Notes under the pieces: generated by a model
Databases searched by the model: none
Seen by the model: only the letters and a program-made list of their open reading frames with translations
Told to the model about the DNA's origin: nothing
NCBI GenBank assembly: GCA_965219085.1
Contig: OZ244720.1
Location: 2,176,001-2,240,000 of the forward strand
From: Dehalococcoidia bacterium
Lineage (GTDB): Bacteria; Chloroflexota; Dehalococcoidia; UBA2979
Direction of reading: 5' to 3'
DNA length: 64,000 nucleotides
Position numbers and translations under genes: made by a program
Part shown: positions 57,444-64,000 of the stretch, one piece after another
Layout: every line of letters begins with the position of its first letter
Numbering within the stretch: the first letter of the stretch is position 1

Positions 57444-59291
57444 CTACTTGTCGATCCAGCTGTTGTACGCCTCGTATCCGGTGTCGAGGTAGTGGTGTCC
57501 GCTGCCGGCCCCGCGAGAATAGCGAAGGCCGCGTACCCAGGGCTGCATCAGGTTCGCCCTGTACCCGATCGACTTTGTGATGCGGTAGACCTGGTCCAGC
57601 ACGCGGTCCCAGACGTTGCGGGCGAGTTCCAACCGCACATCCGGGTCGAGTTCGACCTGGTGTTGCGCGGCCCAGGTGTCGATCTGCGGGTCGTTGATGC
57701 GGTTGCGGTTGCCCGACGACGCCGAGTGGTTCAGGCCGTAGACGAAGTGGTCGGCGAACGCGGCGTTGGAAGCCCAGCCGTCGTACGTGTCGACGGTGCC
57801 CGAGCGCGTGGTCCACTGCGAGTTGTACTCGTTGTAGTCTCGGCTGCTCAGGTTGAGCTTGACCCCGATCCTGCTGAACTGGTCGAGCCAGACCTCGTTC
57901 GGGAGGCTGTTCAAGACGTTGCTGTAGTTGTAGTACATCATCTCGAACTCGAGGTCGGAGGCGCCGGCCGCGTCGAGCAGCTTCTTGGCCTCGTCGGGGT
58001 CGTAGCGCCACCAGTTGCCGAGCACCCCGGATTCCGCCGTGGGCTCCTCCTCCCAGAAGAACCGCCAGTCCATCTGCGGCAGGACCACGCCAGCGCCCGA
58101 GTAGATGATGTCGAGCATCTCCTCGCGGTCGTAGGCCAGCGAGAGCGCACGCCGGATGCGCACGTCCTCCCAGCGCGGCAGGTCCATGTTGAACGTCAGC
58201 GCGAGCCCCCCGACGAACAAGGGGTTCGCGAAGTACTGCGTGTCCGGGTTCGTGTCCAGGATCTTCTCGAGGTCGTCGGACGTTTCCGCTGTGAGCCCGT
58301 AGTCGTGCCTCCCGACGCGGAACTGCGCCTGCGCGGCCGCCAGGTCGAGCGCGAAGGGCACGTCCCAGCGGTCGATCTTGACCGGGCCCCGGAAGTAGTC
58401 GGGGTTCTTGTCGAAAGCCCCGCCGTCGCCGCCCCTCCAGAAGTCGAGGATCATCGGGCCGGTGCCCACCGCCTTTGTCAGGATCTCCCCGCTGTCGACG
58501 AGTTCCGGCCCGTGGACCGTGCTGTAGGCGGTCGCGAGCGGGAAGATGAAGTCCGGCGTCGGCTGCTGGAGCGTGACTACCACCGTCGCAGCGTCTACCG
58601 CCTCGATCGAGCTGACCAGCAGGAAGTTCGAGCGGTGCGGGCTCCCCGTCTCCGAGTAGCGATCGAACGAGAACTTCGCGTCGTGCGCGGTCAACTCGCG
58701 ACCGTTCATCGGCTCGACGTTCTGGAACTTGACTCCCGGCTGCACGTGGAAGGTGTAGGTGAGCCCGTCTTCTGAGATCTCCCAGCTCTCCGCCAGCTCG
58801 GGCACGAGTTCGTTGCGGGCGTACGGGTCAGAATCCGCTCCGCTGTAGACGCCGAGCAGGCGGTTGTAGACCGCGTTCACCCCCGTCATCGTTCCCCCCG
58901 CGGCAGCGATGGCTGGGTCCAGCGGGCCGGGATCAAACGTGAAGCGCTGGGTGAGCGTGCCTCCGAACTTCGGTGGCGTGGCGGGCTCCTCGATCTGGAA
59001 CGGCACGAAGCGCCCGGCTGCGGTGGTGAAGCCGCTCGCCCGCTCGATCGTGGCGACGGTGTCCTCGGCCTCGACGGTCTCCGCCGGCGCGGCCGCCTCG
59101 TCGTCGGCGACTTGCGTGGCCGGGGCGACGGCTGCCGCCTCGTCGTCGTCATCGTCGTCGTCGCCGCCGCAGCCGATGAGGGCCGCGGCAGCAAGGCCGA
59201 GGCCGCCGAGGAGCCCTCCCCGTAGCAGTACTCGCCGGTGGACGGTGATGCCGAATGGATCGTGACGCGTCGCGTCGTGGTCGTCTGTCAC
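57444..59291 (-). CDS. ABC substrate-binding protein family 5, TAT lipoprotein (paralogue B)
   Basis: Same motifs as A; GTG at 59291. Confidence 0.9.
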   Translation of the reverse strand: MTDDHDATRHDPFGITVHRRVLLRGGLLGGLGLAAAALIGCGGDDDDDDDEAAAVAPATQVADDEAAAPAETVEAEDTVATIERASGFTTAAGRFVPFQIEEPATPPKFGGTLTQRFTFDPGPLDPAIAAAGGTMTGVNAVYNRLLGVYSGADSDPYARNELVPELAESWEISEDGLTYTFHVQPGVKFQNVEPMNGRELTAHDAKFSFDRYSETGSPHRSNFLLVSSIEAVDAATVVVTLQQPTPDFIFPLATAYSTVHGPELVDSGEILTKAVGTGPMILDFWRGGDGGAFDKNPDYFRGPVKIDRWDVPFALDLAAAQAQFRVGRHDYGLTAETSDDLEKILDTNPDTQYFANPLFVGGLALTFNMDLPRWEDVRIRRALSLAYDREEMLDIIYSGAGVVLPQMDWRFFWEEEPTAESGVLGNWWRYDPDEAKKLLDAAGASDLEFEMMYYNYSNVLNSLPNEVWLDQFSRIGVKLNLSSRDYNEYNSQWTTRSGTVDTYDGWASNAAFADHFVYGLNHSASSGNRNRINDPQIDTWAAQHQVELDPDVRLELARNVWDRVLDQVYRITKSIGYRANLMQPWVRGLRYSRGAGSGHHYLDTGYEAYNSWIDK

Positions 59292-59410
59292 TGCGTGTCC
59301 TCCCTGGCGGGAGTCCTCGCTGTCTGCCCCCGCCGGTGTGTAGCGATGCCGGCCACCGATCCTCAGCCAACACGGCATCGGGATGGCCAGATCGCAGCCG
59401 CATCATAACA
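59292..59410 (-). promoter_or_regulatory. Extended -10 promoter plus structured 5' leader (copy B)
   Basis: TGTTATGAT 59410-59402; hairpin 59395-59343. Confidence 0.6.
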
Positions 59411-59527
59411 GTCGCGTATAGACAGAACGCTGAATCCCACTGCCCGGGAGCATGCGTGCAAGCCCGTGGCGAGCCCACCGGAGCACCCACGGGACGAGCG
59501 CGAGGAACGTTCGGGGGTCAACGAGCG

Positions 59528-59555
59528 GGGGGCGGCGCCTCGCGACGCCGCCCCC
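59528..59555 (-). terminator. GC-rich 3' hairpin after SBP C
   Basis: Same GCGA-capped stem. Confidence 0.6.
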
Positions 59556-59580
59556 TCGTGATGCCTGCCCTGACCCCTCG

Positions 59581-61440
59581 CTACTTGTCGAGCCAGGTGT
59601 TGTAGGCCTCGTACCCCGTGTCGAGGTACGAGTGTCCGCTGCCGGGCCCGCGAGAGTAGCGGAGGGCGCGCACCCACGGCTGCTGCAGCTGCGCGGTGTA
59701 CCCGCTCCCCTTCGTGATGCGCCACACCTGGTCCAGCACCCGGTGCCAGACGTTGCGGGCGAGCTCCAAACGCACCTCGGGGTCGAGCTCGACCTGATGC
59801 TTCGCGGCCCACGCGTCGATCTCGGGGTCGTTGATGCGGTTGCGGTTGCCCGATGACTCGGAGTGGTTCAGGCCGTACACGAAGTGATCGGCGAACGCCG
59901 CCTGTGAGGCCCATCCGTCGTACGTATCGACGGTGCCCGAGCGCGTGGTCCACTGCGAGTTGTACTCGTTGTAGTCGCGGCTGCTCAGCTTGAGCTTGAT
60001 CCCGATCCTGCTGAACTGGTCGAGCCAGACCTCGTTGGGGAGGCTGTTCGAGACGTTGCTGTAGTTGTAGTACATCATCTCGAACTCGAGGTCGGATGCG
60101 CCCGCCGCGTCGAGCAGCTTCTTGGCCTCGGCGGGGTCGTGGCGCCACCAGTTGCCGAGCACCCCGGACTCCGCCGTCGGCTCCTCCTCCCAGAAGAACC
60201 GCCAGTCCATCTGCGGCAGGACGACGCCCGCGCCTGAGTAGATGATGTCGATCATCTCTTCGCGGTCATAGGCGAGCGAGAGCGCGCGCCGGATGCGCAC
60301 GTCGTCCCAGCGCGGCAGGTCCATGTTGAACGTCAACGCGAGGCCCCCGACGAACAGCGGGTTCGCGAAGTACTGCGTGTCCGGGTTGGTCTCCACGATC
60401 TTCTCGATGTCGTCGGACGTCTGCGCGTAGATCCCGTAGTCGTGCCTGCCGACCCTGAACTGCGCCTCCGCGGCGGCCAGGTCGAGCACGAAGGGCAGCT
60501 CCCAGCGGTCGATCTTGACCGGGCCCCGGAAGTAGTCGGGGTTCTTGTCGAAGGCCCCACCGTCCCCACCCCTCCAGAAGTCGAGGATCATGGGGCCGGT
60601 GCCGATCGCCTTCGTCAGAATCTCTCCGCTATCAACGAGCTCCGGCCCGTGGACGGTGCTGTATGCGGCCGCGAGCGGGAAGATGAAGTCCGGCGTCGGC
60701 TGCTTGAGCCTGGTCACCAGCGTCGCGTCGTCTGGTGCCTCGATCGAGGTCACGTGCAGGAAGTTCGAGCGGTGCGGGCTCCCCGTCTTCGCGTAGCGAT
60801 CGAACGAGAACTTCGCGTCGCGTGCGGTCAGCTCACGCCCGTTCACCGGCGCGACGTTCTGGAACTTGACCCCCGGACGGAAGTGGAAGGTGTACGCCAG
60901 CCCGTCCTCGGAGGTCTCCCAGGACTCCGCCAGCTCGGGCACGAGCTCGTTGCGGGCGTACGGGTCAGAGTCCCATCCGCTGTAGACGCCGAGCACGCGG
61001 TTGTAGACCGCGTTCACCCCCGTCATCGTCCCGCCCGCCGCGGCGATGGCCGGGTCGAGCGGACCGGGGTCGAACGTGAAGCGCTGGACCAGGGTGCCGC
61101 CGAACTTCGGCGGCGTGTCGGGCTCCTCGATCTGCCATGGCACGAAGCGCCCTGCTGTCGTGGTGAAGCCCGTTGCCCGTTTGATCGTCGCGACCGTGTC
61201 CTCGGCCTCGACCGTCGCCTCCGTCTCGGCCACCTTCGCGGCGCCGTCGCTGTCCGTCGTCGCGGCCTGGGTGGTGGTGGTCGTCGTGCTGGTGTCGTCA
61301 TCGTCGTCGTCGCCGCCGCAGCCGATGAGGGCCGCGGCGGCAAGGCCGAGGCCGCCGAGGAGCCCTCCCCGTAGCAGTACTCGCCGGTCGATGGTGATGC
61401 CGAATGGATCGTGACGCGTCGCGTCGTGGTCGTCTGTCAC
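59581..61440 (-). CDS. ABC substrate-binding protein family 5, TAT lipoprotein (paralogue C)
   Basis: Same motifs as A; GTG at 61440. Confidence 0.9.
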   Translation of the reverse strand: MTDDHDATRHDPFGITIDRRVLLRGGLLGGLGLAAAALIGCGGDDDDDDTSTTTTTTQAATTDSDGAAKVAETEATVEAEDTVATIKRATGFTTTAGRFVPWQIEEPDTPPKFGGTLVQRFTFDPGPLDPAIAAAGGTMTGVNAVYNRVLGVYSGWDSDPYARNELVPELAESWETSEDGLAYTFHFRPGVKFQNVAPVNGRELTARDAKFSFDRYAKTGSPHRSNFLHVTSIEAPDDATLVTRLKQPTPDFIFPLAAAYSTVHGPELVDSGEILTKAIGTGPMILDFWRGGDGGAFDKNPDYFRGPVKIDRWELPFVLDLAAAEAQFRVGRHDYGIYAQTSDDIEKIVETNPDTQYFANPLFVGGLALTFNMDLPRWDDVRIRRALSLAYDREEMIDIIYSGAGVVLPQMDWRFFWEEEPTAESGVLGNWWRHDPAEAKKLLDAAGASDLEFEMMYYNYSNVSNSLPNEVWLDQFSRIGIKLKLSSRDYNEYNSQWTTRSGTVDTYDGWASQAAFADHFVYGLNHSESSGNRNRINDPEIDAWAAKHQVELDPEVRLELARNVWHRVLDQVWRITKGSGYTAQLQQPWVRALRYSRGPGSGHSYLDTGYEAYNTWLDK

Positions 61441-61558
61441 TGCGTGTCCTCCCCCGGCGCGAGTCCACGTAACTGCCCCCGCCGGTGTACCGCGATGCCA
61501 GCCCCGATCCTCAGCCAACACGGCATCGGGATGGCCGGATCGCAGTCGCATCATAACA
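61441..61558 (-). promoter_or_regulatory. Extended -10 promoter plus structured 5' leader (copy C)
   Basis: TGTTATGAT 61558-61550; hairpin 61543-61492. Confidence 0.6.
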
Positions 61559-61676
61559 GTCGCGTATAGACAGAACGCTGAATCCCACTGCCCGGGAGCA
61601 TGCGTGCAAGCCCGTGGCGAGCCCGCCGGAGCACCCACGGGACGAGCGCGAGGAACGTTTGGGGGTCAACGAGCGG

Positions 61677-61702
61677 GGGGCGGCGCCTCGCGACGCCGCC
61701 CC
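61677..61702 (-). terminator. GC-rich 3' hairpin after SBP D
   Basis: Same GCGA-capped stem. Confidence 0.6.
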
Positions 61703-61727
61703 TCGTGATGCCTGCCCTGACCCCTCG

Positions 61728-63614
61728 CTACTTGTCGAGCCAGACGTTGAACGCCTCGTACCCCGTGTCGAGGTAGAAGTGTCCGCTGGCGGGCCCGCGG
61801 ATGTAGCGGAGGGCGCGCACCCACGGCTGCTGCAGTATCGCGCTGTACCCGCTGGCCTTCTCGATGCGGTACATCTGGTCCAGCACCTTGTTCCAGACGT
61901 TACGGGCGAGCTCCGTCCGCGCCTCGGGGTCGAGTTCGACCTGGTGCTGCGAGGCCCAGACGTCGATCTCCGGGTCGTTGATGCGGTTGCGGTTGCCGCT
62001 CGACTCCGAGTGGTTCAGGCCGTACACGAAATGATCGGCGAACGCGGCCTGACTGGCCCAGCCGTCGTACGCGTCGGTGGTGCCCGAACGCGTGGTCCAC
62101 TGCGAGTTGTACTCGTTGTAGTCGCGGCTGAGCAGGTTGAGCGTGACACCGATCCTGCTGAACTGGTCCAGCAGCACCTCGTCCGGAAGGGTGTTCCCGA
62201 CATTGCTGTAGTTGTAGTACATCATGTCGAACTCGAGGTCGGAGGCGCCGGCCGCGTCGAGCAGCTTCTTCGCCTCGTCGGGGTCGTAGCGCCACCACTT
62301 GCCGAGCACCCCGGACTCGGGTGTCGGCTCGTCCTCCCAGAAGAACCGCCAGTCCATCTGCGGCAGGATCACGCCCCCGCCCGAGTAGATGATGTCGAGC
62401 ATCTCCTCGCGGTCGTAGGCGAGCGAGAGCGCACGCCGGATGCGCACGTCCTCCCAGCGCGACAGGTCCATGTTGAAGTTGATCGCGAACGTCGACGCGA
62501 ACAGCGGGTACGAGAAGTACTGCGTGTCCGGGTTCGTCTCCAGGATCTTCTCGAGGTCGTCGGAGGTAGCTGCCGAGAGCCCATAGTCGTGCCGCCCGAC
62601 CCGGAACTGCGCCTCGGCGGCGGCCAGGTCGAGCACGAACGGCAGCTCCCAGCGGTCGATCTTGACCGGGCCCCGGAAGTAGTCCGGGTTCTTGTCGAAG
62701 GCGCCGCCGACGCCTCCCGTCCAGTCGTCGAGGATCATCGGGCCGGTGCCGATCGCCCTCGTTATGATCTCCCCGCTATCGACCAGTTCCGGCCCGTGGA
62801 CCGTGCTGAACGCGGTCGCGAGCGGGAAGATGAAGTCCGGCGTTGGCTGCTTGAGCGTGATCACCAGCGTCGCGGCGTCGGGCGCTTCGATCGAGGTGAC
62901 GTGCAGGAAGTTCGAGCGGTGCGGGCTTCCCTTCTCGGAGTAGCGGTCGAACGAGAACTTCGCGTCCTGTGCGGTCAGTTCACGCCCGTTCACCGGGGGG
63001 ATGTTCTGGAACTTGACGCCCGGCTGTATGTGGAAGGTGTACGTGAGCCCGTCCTCGGAGACCTCCCAGGACTCGGCGAGTTCCGGCACGAGGTCGTTGC
63101 GGGCGTATGGATCGGAGTCCCATCCGCTGTAGACGCCGATCACGCGGTTGTAGACCGCGTTGACTCCCGTCATCGTCCCGCCGGCCGCGGCAATGGCCGG
63201 GTCGAGCGGGCCGGGGTCGAAGGTGAAGCGCTGCACGAGCGTGCCGCCGAACTTCGGTTCCTTGTCGGGCTCCTCGATCTGCCACGGCACGAAGCGCCCG
63301 GCTGCGGTGGTGAAGCCCGTCGCCCGCTCGATCGTGGCGACGGTGTCCTCGGCCGCCACCGTCGCGGCCGGCTCCGCCGTGTCGTCCGTGGCGTCATCGT
63401 CGGCGTCCGAAGCCGCCTCGCTCGTGGTAGTCGTGGTCGTAGTGGTCGTCGTCGTGGTGCTGCTGCCCGCGTCGTCATCATCGTCGCCACGGCAGCCGAC
63501 GAGCGCCGCGGCGGCCAGGCCAAGGCCGCCGAGGATCCCGCCGCGCAGCAGCGCCCGCCGATGGAGTGTGAACGCGAACGGTTCCCGGAGTGTTGGGTCT
63601 GAGTGGTCTGTCAC
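61728..63614 (-). CDS. ABC substrate-binding protein family 5, TAT lipoprotein (paralogue D)
   Basis: RRALLRGG, LVGC and the same core motifs; GTG at 63614. Confidence 0.9.
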   Translation of the reverse strand: MTDHSDPTLREPFAFTLHRRALLRGGILGGLGLAAAALVGCRGDDDDDAGSSTTTTTTTTTTTTSEAASDADDDATDDTAEPAATVAAEDTVATIERATGFTTAAGRFVPWQIEEPDKEPKFGGTLVQRFTFDPGPLDPAIAAAGGTMTGVNAVYNRVIGVYSGWDSDPYARNDLVPELAESWEVSEDGLTYTFHIQPGVKFQNIPPVNGRELTAQDAKFSFDRYSEKGSPHRSNFLHVTSIEAPDAATLVITLKQPTPDFIFPLATAFSTVHGPELVDSGEIITRAIGTGPMILDDWTGGVGGAFDKNPDYFRGPVKIDRWELPFVLDLAAAEAQFRVGRHDYGLSAATSDDLEKILETNPDTQYFSYPLFASTFAINFNMDLSRWEDVRIRRALSLAYDREEMLDIIYSGGGVILPQMDWRFFWEDEPTPESGVLGKWWRYDPDEAKKLLDAAGASDLEFDMMYYNYSNVGNTLPDEVLLDQFSRIGVTLNLLSRDYNEYNSQWTTRSGTTDAYDGWASQAAFADHFVYGLNHSESSGNRNRINDPEIDVWASQHQVELDPEARTELARNVWNKVLDQMYRIEKASGYSAILQQPWVRALRYIRGPASGHFYLDTGYEAFNVWLDK

Positions 63615-63737
63615 TGCGCGTCCTCCCCTGGCGGGAGTCGTCGCACCGGCCCCCACCCGTGTGTGCAAGCGTCGCCAGCCACCACTGCTCTGCCAACGCA
63701 TCGGTCGCGACGGCCGGATCGCGGTCGGAGAATAACA
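63615..63737 (-). promoter_or_regulatory. Extended -10 promoter plus diverged structured 5' leader (copy D)
   Basis: TGTTATTCT 63737-63729; hairpin 63722-63669 keeps its pairing despite substitutions. Confidence 0.55.
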
Positions 63738-63840
63738 CAGGCCCATGGTGACAACGGCGGGACCGCGAAGGCGCGTGCGCACGCCGCGTGCGGCAGTGGA
63801 CCGCCGCCCCGCAGCCGAGGTGGGCGTCGAAGGCGAACGA

Positions 63841-63868
63841 AGGGGCGGCGCCTCGCGACGCCGCCCCT
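63841..63868 (-). terminator. GC-rich 3' hairpin after SBP E
   Basis: Same GCGA-capped stem. Confidence 0.6.
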
Positions 63869-63893
63869 CGTGGTATCTGCCCTGGTTCGCTCG

Positions 63894-64000
63894 CTACTTG
63901 TCGATCCAGGCGTTGAACGCTTCGTAGCCGGTGTCGAGGTACTGGTGGCCGCTGCCGACCTGGCGGCTGGCGCGCACGGCGCGCACCCACGGCTGCTGCA
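63894..64000 (-). CDS. 3' end of a fifth SBP family 5 paralogue (E), truncated by window edge
   Basis: QQPWVRAVRASRQVGSGHQYLDTGYEAFNAWIDK* matches the C-termini of A-D. Confidence 0.88.
   Translation of the reverse strand, partial: QQPWVRAVRASRQVGSGHQYLDTGYEAFNAWIDK

Noticed and set aside
55257-64000. Diversity-generating retroelement acting on the SBP or LRR repeats
   Set aside because: No reverse transcriptase is in the window, and the differences between copies are not adenine-specific.

Overview
A very GC-rich bacterial chromosomal segment. The gene content and style (TAT-lipoprotein family-5 SBP expansion, CaiB/BaiF transferases, PPOX/F420-type proteins, plant-like LRR protein) suggest a Chloroflexota/Dehalococcoidia-like organism, possibly host- or sponge-associated; this is inference only. 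Core content: dnaJ-hspR-clpC, dsbA-VKOR, argC, clpS, purU, a DEAD-box helicase, a TPP-riboswitch-controlled thiBPQ transporter and many catabolic/redox enzymes. Small accessory islets lie between them: a NYN nuclease, MNT-HepT, a decayed CopG-PIN pair, HigBA, Fic, and a ~1 kb insert with a dCTP-deaminase pseudogene bracketed by a 52-bp duplication of a host gene's 3' end. Main observations the ORF track does not show: (1) at least five tandem, mosaic SBP paralogues; the four complete ones each have an extended -10 promoter and a conserved two-hairpin 5' leader, and all five are followed by a GNRA-capped hairpin; (2) a split ORF that reads as one UGA-recoded (UxxC) selenoprotein with a SECIS-like hairpin; (3) a NYN nuclease with a structured leader and no canonical start codon; (4) a cluster of GATAG boxes upstream of Fic; (5) an LRR protein with constant/variable 72-bp units; (6) a four-Cache-domain lipoprotein with no output domain. 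I found no rRNA, tRNA, CRISPR array or integrase/transposase. All calls come from reading the sequence by eye; no searches were run.
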